A stretch of 64,000 nt of DNA from Octopus sinensis. Taxonomy: Eukaryota. Below the pieces are notes generated by a model that had not been told where the DNA came from, did not search any database, and saw nothing but the letters and a program-made list of their open reading frames with translations. This document shows positions 12,991 to 23,760 of this stretch, piece after piece. Positions within the stretch are counted from its first letter, which is position 1; the number at the start of each line of letters is the position of its first letter. The translations under genes and the position numbers were made by a program. The stretch covers positions 26,970,001 through 27,034,000 of the forward strand of contig NC_042998.1 in the NCBI RefSeq assembly GCF_006345805.1, in the 5' to 3' direction.

Positions 12991-15440
12991 TTTTATGTGC
13001 CACCGACACAGGTGCCAGACGAGGCTGGCGAACGGCCACGCTCGGATGGTGTTTTTATGTGCCACCGACACAGGTGCCAGACGAGGCTGGCGAACGGCCA
13101 CGCTCGGATGGTGTTTTTATGTGCCACCGACACAGGTGCCAGACGAGGCTGACGAATGGCCACGATCGGATGGTGTTTCTTACGTGCCCACAGCACGGAG
13201 GCCAGTCGATGCGGTACTGGCTACGGCCACGTTCGGATGGTTTTCTTGTGTGCGACCGGCACTGGTACCACAAAGATACAAATTCCATTGATGTTCATCT
13301 ATTTTGATTTGATTTGATTTGATTTTCACTTGCCTCAACAGGTCTTCACAAGTGTCACAAGAAGGAAGGAAGGTATGCACAGGTGAACTGACAACGTCCC
13401 AGGTATGGGCCACGGGTTATGGCCTGACTAGTCTTGCCGGGTCTTCGGATGATGTTTTTATGTGCCTCCGACACAGGTGCCAGATGGATGGTGTTTGTTA
13501 CGTGCCCACAGCACGGAGGCCAGTCGATGCGGTACTGGCTACGGCCACGTTCGGATGGTTTTCTTGTGTGCCACCGGCACTGGTACCACAAAGATACAAA
13601 TTCCATTGATGTTCATCTATTTTGATTTGATTTGTTTTGATTTGATTTGATTTGATTACTTGTCTCAACAGGTCTTCACAAGTGTCACAAGAAGGAAGGT
13701 ATGCACAGGTGGACTGACTACGTCCCAGGTAGAGGCCACGGGTTATGGCCTGACTAGTCTTGCCGGGTCTTCGGATGGTGTTTTTATGTGCCACCGACAC
13801 AGGTGCCAGATGAGGATGGCGAACGGCCACGATCGGATGGTGTTTGTTATGAGCCCACAGCACAGAGGCCAGTCGATGCGGGGTACTGGCTACGGCCATG
13901 TTCGGATGGTTATCTTGTGTGCCACCGGCTCTGGTACCACAAAGATACAAATTCCATTGATGTTCATCTATTTTGATTTGATTTGATTTGATTTTCACTT
14001 GCCTCAACAGGTCTTCACAAGTGTCACAAGAAGGAAGGAAGGTATGCACAGGTGAACTGACAACGTCCCAGGTATGGGCCACGGTTATGGCCTGACTAGT
14101 CTTGCCGGGTCTTCGGATGATGTTTTTATGTGCCTCCGACACAGGTGCCAGATGGATGGTGTTTGTTACGTGCCCACAGCACGGAGGCCAGTCGATGCGG
14201 TACTGGCTACGGCCACGTTCGGATGGTTTTCTTGTGTGCCACCGGCACTGGTACCACAAAGATACAAATTCCATTGATGTTCATCTATTTTGATTTGATT
14301 TGTTTTGATTTGATTTGATTTGATTACTTGTCTCAACAGGTCTTCACAAGTGTCACAAGAAGGAAGGTATGCACAGGTGGACTGACTACGTCCCAGGTAG
14401 AGGCCACGGGTTATGGCCTGACTAGTCTTGCCGGGTCTTCGGATGGTGTTTTTATGTGCCACCGACACAGGTGCCAGATGAGGATGGCGAACGGCCACGA
14501 TCGGATGGTGTTTGTTATGAGCCCACAGCACAGAGGCCAGTCGATGCGGTACTGGCTACGGCCATGTTCGGATGGTTATCTTGTGTGCCACCGGCTCTGG
14601 TACCACAAAGATACAAATTCCATTGATGTTCATCTATTTTGATTTGTTTTGATTTGATTTGATCACTTGCCTCAACAGGTCTTCACAAGTGTCACAAGAA
14701 GGAAGGTATGCACAGGTGGACTGACTACGTCCCAGGTTGGGGCCACGGGTTATGGCCTGACTAGTCTTGCCGGGTCTTCGGATGGTGTTTTTATGTGCCA
14801 CCGACACAGGTGCCGGATGAGGCTGGCGAACGGCCACGATCGGATGGTGTTTGTTACGTGCCCACAGTACGGAGGCCAGTCGATGCAGTACTGGCTACGG
14901 CCACGTTCGGATGGTTTTCTTGTGTGCCACCGGCACTGGTACCACAAAGATACAAATTCCATTGATATTCATCTATTTTGATTTGTTTTGATTTTCACTT
15001 GCCTCAACAGGTCTTCACAAGTGTCACAAGAAGGGAGGTATGCACAGGTGGACTGACTACATCCCAGGTAGGGGCCACGGGTTATGGCCTGACTAGTCTT
15101 GCCGGGTCTTCAGATGGTGTTTTTATGTGCCACCGACACAGGTGCCAGATGAGGCTGGCGAACGGCCACGATCGGATGGTTTTTGCTATGTGCCCACAGC
15201 ACGGAGGCCAGTCGATGCGGTACTGGCTACGGCCACGTTCGGATGGTTTTCTTGTGTGCCACCAGCACTGGTAACAAAGATACAAATTCCATTGATGATC
15301 ATCTATTTTATTTTGATTTTCACTTTCACTTGCCTCAACAGGTCTTCACAAGTGTCACAAGAAGGAAGCTATGCACAGGTGGACTGACTACGTCCCAGGT
15401 AGGGGCCACGGGTTATGGCCTGACTACTCTTGCCGGGTCT
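12991..15440. repeat. Tandem array: 3 x 62-bp units, then ~7 units of 317-351 bp with a ~668-bp higher-order dimer
   Basis: Anchor AATTCCATTGAT at 13281, 13599, 13950, 14267, 14616, 14955, 15285; 62-bp anchors at 12991, 13053, 13115. Confidence 0.95.
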
Positions 15441-16215
15441 TCTCACGCACAGCATACTTCCATAGGTCTCGGTCTCTAGTCATTTCCTTGGTGAGACCTA
15501 AAGTTCGAAGGTCGTGCTTCACCACCTCGTCCCAGGTTTTCCTGGGTCTACCTCTTCCACAGGTTCCCTCAACTGCTAGGGTGTAGCACTTTTGCACACA
15601 ACTATCTACAGCCATTCTCGTCACATGACCATACCAGCGCAGCCGTCTCTCTTGCACACCACAATTGACGCTTCTTAGGTTCAACTTTTCTCTCAAGGTA
15701 CTTACACTCTGACGATTATGAACACTGACATTACACATCCATCGGAGCATACTGGCTTCATTTCTTGCAAGCTTACGCATATCCTCAGCAGTCACGGCCC
15801 ATGTTTCACTACCATGTAGCATGGCTGTACGTACACATGCATCATACAGTCTGCCTTTTACTCTGAGCGAGAGGCCTTTTGTCACCAGCAGGTGTAAGAG
15901 CTCTCTAAACTTTGCCCAAGCTATTCTTACTCTAGCAGTTACACTTTCAGCACACCCACCCCCGCTACTGACTTGGTCTCCTAGGTAGCGGAAGCTATCA
16001 ACTACTTCTAGTTTGTCTCCCTGGAACGTGGTAGAAGTTGGTCTCTGCACATTTCCAGTGTTTATTGCTCCTGAGCATCTGCCACAGACAAAAACTATTT
16101 TCCTAGTTAGCCTTCCTTTGACATTGCTGCACCTCTTATGTGTCCATAGCTTACACTTGGTGCACCTTATAGAGTTTCTACCTACACCTTTTTTACAGAT
16201 CGAGCAGGGCCATCT
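15424..16215 (-). pseudogene. RTE ORF2 C-terminal fragment: PHD finger, RT motif FRYLG, thumb/C-terminal region
   Basis: LEVVDSFRYLG, AMLHGSETW, RRLRWYGHVTRM and RGRPRKTW are typical RTE motifs. The first 23 aa of the listed ORF come from unrelated flanking DNA. Confidence 0.9.
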
Positions 16216-16221
16216 ATATAT

Positions 16222-16433
16222 ATCAAAATAAGCAATAAGGATATCCTGTAAGTACTTACAGGGTTTAATAAAATGAAGTAGCATGAAACAATTGTACTAC
16301 TCTGCCTTGGATATCTTTGTTGCTTATTTTGATTATAATCATCCCATTTGATTTATATGGATAATATCATACAAAATTCTGGTGCCTTTAACTTAAGTAC
16401 CATATTCATCTGAATCTAAATTTTGCTGAACTT
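16222..16433. repeat. Inverted-repeat insert between TA tracts, probable Penelope-like pLTR relic
   Basis: ATCAAAATAAGCAATAAGGATATCC (16222) inverted at GGATATCTTTGTTGCTTATTTTGAT (ends 16333); perfect inner palindrome CCTGTAAGTACTTACAGG at 16245-16262; AATAAA present. Confidence 0.5.
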
Positions 16434-16447
16434 ATATATATGTATAA

Positions 16448-16483
<36 letters not shown>

Positions 16484-16485
<2 letters not shown>

Positions 16486-16605
16486 CGCATGGTTCCGGGT
16501 TCAGACCCACTGCGTGGCATCTTGGGCAAGTGTCTTCTGCTATAGCCCCGGGCTGACCAATGCCTTGTGAGTGGATTTGGTAGACAGAAACTGAAAGAAG
16601 CCTGT

Positions 16606-16662
<57 letters not shown>

Positions 16663-16858
16663 TTGTGTGTCTGTCCCCCTAGCATTGCTTGACAACCGAT
16701 GCTGGTGTCTTTACGTCCCCGTCACTTAGCGGTTTGGCAAAAGAGACCGATAGAATAAGTACTGGGCTTACAAAGAATAAGTCCCGGGGTCGATTTGCTC
16801 GACTGAAGGCGGTTGCTCCAGCATGGCCGCAGTCAAATGACTGAAACAAGAGTATATA

Positions 16859-16921
<63 letters not shown>

Positions 16922-17109
16922 TTGTGTGTCTGTCCCCCTAGCATTGCTTGACAACCGATGCTGGTGTCTTTACGTCCCCGTCACTTAGCGGTTTGGCAAA
17001 AGAGACCGATAGAATAAGTACTGGGCTTACAAAGAATAAGTCCCGGGGTCGATTTGCTCGACTGAAGGCGGTGCTCCAGCATGGCCGCAGTCAAATGACT
17101 GAAACAAGA

Positions 17110-17111
<2 letters not shown>
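16484..17111 (+). mobile_element. SINE family A with internally deleted head and tandemly duplicated 3' half
   Basis: 16650-16853 is repeated almost exactly at 16908-17111, separated by (TA)n. Confidence 0.9.
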
Positions 17112-17147
<36 letters not shown>

Positions 17148-17673
17148 CATTCTGAGGTTCCAGTGAAACTATGCTATTTACTCAGGCACTCAACTATCAA
17201 GTCCACTGCATCTTATGGTGGAAACAGCTGTAAAATAATGAAGTCCATAAGATAATCATTTATTTCTGTCGTCTCATTTTCTTATATACATATACATGTG
17301 TTGTGTGTGTATGCATTAATACATGCATATACATGCACATGTATAGTTGTTATATATGCATATCCACACACAAACACACATGTATAGTTATATATATACA
17401 TACATACATAAATATGTAAGTATGTATATAATTTCAATTTCATAAAGACAAAACTAGCAATAGAAAGAAATCCAAAAGTAGATTTTTTTGTTCTTGAAGT
17501 AGCATGATAACAGCTGTTCTTTTAGATATAAATGCAAGTATTTGTAAGTAGAGCAACCCATGAGAAGCAGTATGGAAGTTGCGGGGGCTGGTGAAATAAT
17601 AGGATATAGAAATATATTATAAAATGAAAGTTGAAAGAAAGTGATTGAGTCAAATTTCTATGTAAAGCAATAC

Positions 17674-17995
17674 ATCATCATCATCATCATCGTTTAACGT
17701 CCGCTTTCCATGCTAGCATGGATTGGATGGTTTGACTGAGGGCTGGCGAACCAGATGGCTGCACCATGCTCCAATCTTGATCTGGCAGAGTTTCTACAGC
17801 TGGATGCTCTTCCTAACACCAACCACTCTGAGAGTATAGAGGGTGCTTTTACATGCCACCGGCACGGGGGCCAGTCAGGCAGTACTGGCAACGACCTCGT
17901 TCAAATCTTTTTACATATTCCAACAGCACAGGTGCTAGTAAGGCGATGCTGGTAATGATCACGCTCGAATGGTGGCTTATACATGTCACCGGTAC
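17674..17995 (-). mobile_element. Short RTE 3'-tail copy; others at ~28325-28500, 34400-34535, 36700-36850, 45060-45250, 58040-58157, 60481-60652, 63620-63830
   Basis: (CAT)nCGTTTAACGTCCG.TTTCCATGCTAGCATGG...CAGCTGGATGC.CTTCCTAAC motif. Confidence 0.85.
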
Positions 17996-18672
17996 ATGAA
18001 ACATTATTTATTCACTTTTTATTTCTCAGTCATTTATGGTTACAAACATCATCATCATTGTTTTGACATCTATCTTACCATGCTTGCATGAGTTAGATGG
18101 TGTTTACTGAGGCAAATTTTTCTGTGGATGGATGCCTTTCCTGTCACCAAACCTCAACTGTTTCTAAGCAAGATTATATTTTGCCAGAGCCAGACACGTT
18201 CTTGCAGAATACTGAAAATGTGTGATACAGCTTGTATGACAGGGACAATCGTTTTACAGCTATCATACAATGCCTAGACAAGGATACACAAACATGCTCA
18301 GTACTCACACATACATATACATTCATACAATGGGCTTCTTTCAGTTTCAGTCAATCAAGTACATTCACAAGGCTTTGGTCAGCTTGGGAGTATGGTAGAA
18401 GACACTTGCACAAGATGCCACACACTGGAACTGAACCATGGAGTTCAGAAACAAACTTCTCACCATACAACCATGTTTGTGTCTATAGCCATGCCTAAAT
18501 ATATCATCTAATTAAAAAGTTACAAATCAGCTGAATATCTGCATTAAGAAATATATAAATATATATATATATATATAAAATTTATATAAATAAGGATAAG
18601 ATTGATATTTAAACACTGATCTTATCAAGTGGCCAGCATGGGAATAAAAACCTTTCAAAGGTAATAATTATT

Positions 18673-18843
18673 TAAAATTATAATTTAGGTTATCTAAGAG
18701 ATACCACCACGCTGAAAATAGCAGTCAAAACCTGACTCTAAAACCACTTTAAATGTTCCTATAGTGCTATATGAACATTAAAAGTGGTTTTAGTGTCAGG
18801 TTTTGACTGCTATTTCTCTTAGATACCCTAAATTATAATTTTA
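18673..18843. repeat. Near-perfect ~170-bp palindrome beside TA tracts
   Basis: AAATAGCAGTCAAAACCTGACTCTAAAACCACTTT versus AAAGTGGTTTTAGTGTCAGGTTTTGACTGCTATTT; loop of ~2 nt. Confidence 0.9.
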
Positions 18844-18967
18844 TATATATACACACACATATACATTTATGAATCTGTGTTGCAAGATTCCTGCTGTGAA
18901 ACCATGTTGAAACAGATGGTCATTTTTCTTTTTTTTCTCTTTTTTGCTGAATAAACACATGCACTAC

Positions 18968-19198
18968 TTTATTACTGTTCTTATTTTAACTGATGTCCAT
19001 TGTCCGGAAATCTTTTGTCACGCATCTGTGACCTCTTCAGTGACCCTTTCCATCCATGTGCCTCCTCCTGCTCTGCTTAACTCATAGATTAAGCAGAGCT
19101 GGAGAACACACGTGGATAGAAAGGGTCACTGAAGAGGTCACAGGTGTGTGACGAAAGATTTCTGGACAATGGACATTTAAAATCAAAACAGAAATAAA
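18968..19198. repeat. ~230-bp palindrome, probable inverted Penelope-like pLTR pair
   Basis: Arms of ~110 bp around loop CTCATAGA (19081-19088); each arm carries a hammerhead-like core followed by AATAAA. Confidence 0.8.
19126..19165 (+). ncRNA. Minimal type I hammerhead-ribozyme-like motif
   Basis: TCA-CTGAAGA-G-GTCAC(AGGTGT)GTGAC-GAAA-GAT-TTC-TGG: core boxes CUGANGA and GAAA, 5-bp stem II, 3-bp stem I, near-palindromic stem III. One unpaired G precedes stem II. Confidence 0.55.
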
Positions 19199-19216
19199 TG
19201 AGTGAAGAAGAAATGT

Positions 19217-19601
19217 TACTTTATGGTTATCTCACTCCCATTACAAAATTGGGTTATCTCCCCCTGTTTTATGAAAAATATTGGTTCTTTTGGTTATTTC
19301 CCCAACCTAAAGAAATCGTTTAACCCTCAATAAAGCAAAAAAAAATGAAAAAATCAATAAACCTGAAAACTGAAAAAATAAATAAACATGAAAACTGAAA
19401 AAATTATTCGTCTTATTGAATCTGATAACATTTTTATAACAAATCATACCATTCCTACTGAGGAGGCCAAACGTCAAAAATATGTTGAAGTATTGAATCA
19501 AAAGACCTAACACTTTCAATCCAATCTCATCGCCACAAAATCAATTTTTTGGTGGGGAGGCAACCCAATTTTTTTAATGGGGGTTAGATAACCAAAAAGT
19601 A
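19217..19601. mobile_element. MITE with ~45-bp TIRs, TA-flanked
   Basis: TACTTTATGGTTATCTCACTCCCATTACAAAATTGGGTTATCTCCCC versus inverted GGGGAGGCAACCCAATTTTTTTAATGGGGGTTAGATAACCAAAAAGTA. Confidence 0.8.
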
Positions 19602-20163
19602 CCAAACAAATATACAGTGCATGTGTTTATTTGGCAAAAATGAAAAAAAAATGACCATCCCAAAATATAGAAATATATAAGGTTTTCCTTAATATTTCCC
19701 ACTTCTAAAATGGCTTTTTTAAAAAATATATTCACATTCTTTCTCTCTCGCTTTGTTAGCAATTAAACCAGCTTCCACCATATATAAATCCAAATCACAA
19801 TAACTTTTATTCAGAAGATTATTTTTGTGCCTTATTTCAACATTCTGTTGCAATATATTCCAAATCCAAAACCGCTTTCCTCTTCACATTATCCCCCAAA
19901 GTGTTTATACTTTCATTTGAATAATCTATCAAAAGCATTGCATTTTAATAACATGTCTATGCTATTTTTTTCTTTTCTTTTTAAGATGTTTCTGAAACAA
20001 TGATTGCTAGTTTAATTGCTTGACAAATGTCAAAGTATGCTCACACATTTCACATGCACTCAGATGTGTGTAGCTCAATCACCACAATGTATAAAGCCTC
20101 TATTTCAGCATGTCACTTGTCAAAGTGGCAACATTTTTTTTCTCCATTTTCTTTTTATGTTTA

Positions 20164-20561
20164 TCTCTCTGTATTTATATATAAAGCTGAAGTTGTCTGT
20201 GTATGGCAGGTTTGGTAGCCTTCAACTAACACTATCTCCTCTGAGACCCTGTGGCACAAGCTGACCAAAATTGAGAGTATGGTAGAATAAGGCTTGCCCT
20301 TCCTTCCATAGAAGAAAAAATTCAAATCCAACCATGTTAACAACAAAAATTATTTAGATCAAAGAGGTGCTTTTTTTTCTATGAAAATCCCTATTTTTTA
20401 CGATTTTTTACTGCTGTGTCGCCATTTTTCAGTGTATTTCAACCAGAAAAATGTTCACTTAAAGAGAATAACAAGCTACATAATGCAAAATTTTTATTTT
20501 TCAGAAATTCCAAATCTAAAGGGTTGAAACAAACCCGAGCAACGCTGGGTGATACTGCGAG
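20164..20561 (+). mobile_element. Non-autonomous Helitron (~390 bp); copies at 25760-26150, 39381-39776, 42464-42814
   Basis: 5' TC..TATATATAAAGCTGAAGTTGTCTG; 3' hairpin CCCGAGCAACGCYGGG then ATACTGCTAG (CGAG in this copy). Four similar copies in the same orientation. Confidence 0.85.
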
Positions 20562-21712
20562 CTTTTTGAAAAAACTCCTCATTTGATGTATCACACTCCC
20601 ATACTCATGTTTTGCTTTTTTCTTTATATATTTTCCTGTAAAACGAGACTGTTGATTAAGAATAAAAAGCAGACTACTAGATAAAATAGCTTCTCTGACT
20701 CTTGGAAGAAATAAATCTCATAAGTCTTGTATAGAATTTAGATACTTCTTTTATTAACAACATGTGTTTGCTGCAATATAATTCTTCCTAAAACTCCTGT
20801 CTAACAATTCAAAACATTGAAAAAATTGAACATAATTCTTTTGTTAAAAGAATCTTTTGTTTCAAAATTTAGAATTTCATTTTCAAAGTTTTGAAATGTT
20901 TTATTCCTCAGTTTTACTTTGCTGGCAGGTGATTTTTATCTGAGATGTTGTGTTGAAAGTAAAGCAAATTTCATTATGGAAAATCCTTTTTAATTCAAAG
21001 AAAAAAAAAAAAAACGCACACAAAAAGAAAACAAATTCTCCATTTATTTCTTGGTGTTGAAATCTTTGTTGCTCAACTGCAACCTGATCACTGACACAGC
21101 TTCATTGCATCAGTTGCAGTGGAACTTTCTCAATGACAAAGCTGCAGAGGTGCCATAAAAGTTTGAACGCCTGAAGGAATAAATGAAAAGTGAATCTATC
21201 AAAGGTTTTTATTTGTGTGTGTGTGTGTGTGTATGTTCATGTTTTTACATAGCAAATATAGTTTTTCTGTGTTGAAATGTTTTCTTATTAATTTTGATGA
21301 ATCAAGGTAGATAAATTAAACAGATTTAAGGTAATTGTATAAATTTCTGAAGCCTAAGGTACTCCTATAAGATACTCTTCCTACTGTTAAATTATTATTA
21401 TTATTATTATTATTACTATTATTATTATTATTATTTAAAATCATTGTAGAATACTGAAAGTGAAAAATTTGATTTCCACAAGATATCCACTTTGTCTTTT
21501 ATTATTTAAGCATTGATCAAACCAAACTGAGCAGATTTACAATCAAAGATGTTCCAGACATGACCATCCCATCTATTTTCAGCCTCTGACTGTATATCTA
21601 CAACTACATTATTCTATGTGTCCCTCGTTTACGTTTTTTGTTGTTGTTTTTTCCTTCTGTTTAAGGGATCAAGCAACTACATAAAGCTCCACCACAAATA
21701 TGCTTCACTTTA

Positions 21713-21977
21713 CTGTGGCTTTCAGCTGGGGCCCTTATGGCCCTTGGTAAGGAGGGGTCCACATAAGATTTTGTTGTTAAAAACTATGTGCAACAAATTG
21801 TTTATACTTCTACAATACACAAAATGTTTTAACAATTTTTTTAAAAACAATTCCTAATAATATTCAATTATAAAAGTATAATGGGGTTTTTTAAACATCA
21901 GATGGCTATGAGGCCCCATCCACGTAAAATAGGAACCAAAAGGGGCTGATAAGCAAAAAATGGTTGAGAACCACTGC
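21713..21977. mobile_element. hAT/Charlie-like MITE; related copy at 24387-25008 split by a SINE, partial copy at ~42085-42230
   Basis: Terminus GGTTGAGAACCACTG; shared internal TTATACTTCTACAA.A.ACAAAAT...CAATTCCTAATAATATTCA. Confidence 0.65.
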
Positions 21978-22034
21978 TATATACAGACACAAAGAAAAAT
22001 TAACAAACATTTACTAGGGTAAATAAAATTGTAA

Positions 22035-22420
22035 GGCATAGGAGTGACTGTGTGGTAAGTAGCTTGCTTACCAACCACATGGTTGCAAGTTCAGTCCCAC
22101 TGTGTGGCACATTGGGCAAGTGTCTTCTACTATAGCCTTGGGCCGAACAAAGCTTTGTGAGTGGATAAGTTAGACGGAAACTGAAAGAAGCCTGTCATAT
22201 ATATGTATATATGTGTGTGTGTGTATGCTTGTGTGTATGTGTTTGTCCCCCCAACATCGTTTGACAACTGATGCTGGTGTGTTTATATCCCCGTAACTTA
22301 GCGGTTCGGCAAAAGAGACCGATAGGATAAGTACTAGGCTTACAAAGAATAAGTCCTGGGGTCGATTTGCTTGACTAAAGGCGGTGCTCCAGCAGTCAAA
22401 TGACTGAAAAAAGTAAAGAG
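22035..22420 (+). mobile_element. SINE family A; other copies ~24462-24812(-), 29835-30420(+), 36570-37070(-), 37090-37478(+), 40720-41160(-), 48236-48720(+), 50330-50692(-), 53890-54210(-), 60922-61150(-), 62672-62757(+), 63190-63320(-)
   Basis: Same head, body and tail as 4786-5184. Confidence 0.9.
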
Positions 22421-22994
22421 AAAGAAAGTAAAATCAGTCCAATAAAAATACAGATCAAATGGCATTATTTGAATTTCTAATTATTTTTGGTTAACTAATG
22501 GAAATAGATAAAAGTAGACACAAAGGCAGATTGCAAAATAAGATCTTAATCTTATGGAAAGTCTAATAGCAAGAGAAGTCTTGATTATCCAGTAATTTAT
22601 AGATTAGTTTAAGTTGTCTAAAATTGCAATTTTATCAAATTGAAATTCTAAATGATTCCTAGTTTTATCAGCCTTCTTGTTTTAGAACAGTTTTAGAATT
22701 TTCTTTAGAAATTAATCATCATTTTAGTTTTTTCTTATAAAAGAAATAATTGAATAAAAAGTAAATAAATAATAAAAATAATAAAAATAAATAACTAAAT
22801 AAATGATAACAATTTCTGCTTTTGGCATAAAGCCACAAACTTTTGGGAATGTAAATAGACACCAAATCAAACCCAGCACCTGATCAGAAGTTATTTTATC
22901 AACCCCAGAAGGGGAAAAAGCAAAGATGATATTATCTCTCAATGTAAAGTGATGATTCTACTAGATATACTCATTTGAATAATAATAATAATAA

Positions 22995-23168
22995 TACCAT
23001 ATTTTAGCATGTATAATGAACCCTTTTTTGTCAAAAATTAGGTTAAAAAATATGTGAGCTTCTTATACATGGATAGTATTATAATCCCTTACAAAACCAT
23101 TTTTAAGCCCCCAAAATTAGGGGGTTCCTTATAACACACAGGTTCCTTATACACATTAAAATATAGTA
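22995..23168. mobile_element. Small pogo/Tc1-like MITE
   Basis: TACCATATTTTAGCATGTATAA versus inverted TTATACACATTAAAATATAGTA. Confidence 0.6.
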
Positions 23169-23574
23169 TAGCACTTGACTGCTACTTTATTCTATCAACC
23201 CTGGGATGGTGAAAAGTGAAGTTGACCTTGGTGGGATTTGAACTCAGGATGTAAAAAGCCAGGACAATTCAGCCAGCTCATCCAACATCTTAAAAATAAC
23301 AGCAGCACTAACAGCAACAACAACAACAAGGCCAGCAAATTTGAAGGGAGAGAGTAAGTCAATTACATTGATCCCAGTACTTTACTGATATTTAATTTAT
23401 CAAGTCTGAGAAGACAAAACTCAAAGCTGACTGTGGTGTAAAAATAGTAGAGCATATACCAAAGACAATTATGGGAAATGAAGATGATGTAATTCCTTAA
23501 GGTATAAAAATACATATTAATAATGAGATGAGAGTAAACTGCTCTGATATTGTAATAAAAGTTAAGAGATCTAG

Positions 23575-23760
23575 GACTTTTACATCTATTGATCTGGCTT
23601 TCCAACTACCAATAACATCTTAGTAAAAGAGGTTATACATTCTCCAATTATATAGACTTGTACCTGAGAAATATTGGAGGTATGGAATATGGTCACAATA
23701 AATGTTCCAACAATTATAGGAACATTGAGAGCAGTGAAGCATGCTACGGAGCATAGGCTA
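23575..23760 (+). pseudogene. Degenerate RLE-domain (R4/Dong-like) LINE C-terminus
   Basis: Frameshifted IDLAF..NNILVKE..EILEVWNMVTINVPTIIGTLRAV resembles the RLE consensus EIxRMW...VPIVIGALG. Confidence 0.5.

Larger units (their letters stand above)
12824..16215 (-). mobile_element. Young 5'-truncated RTE-clade LINE with expanded 3' UTR
   Basis: Uninterrupted C-terminal ORF, ~2.6-kb 3' UTR, (GAT)n tail at 12824-12840. Confidence 0.9.

Noticed and set aside
13805-13830. Hammerhead in the tandem unit (CAGATGAG...CGAAC), as in retrozymes
   Set aside because: Core boxes differ from CUGANGA/GAAA in all copies and no stems I or III were found.
12991-15440. CRISPR-like array, or tandem small genes from the many overlapping ORFs
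   Set aside because: Whole units are repeated with no unique spacers and no cas genes; the ORFs are by-products of a GC-rich tandem repeat.
22035-22110. tRNA genes
   Set aside because: The A/B-box sequences are heads of multi-copy SINEs that continue into SINE bodies; no complete cloverleaf seen.
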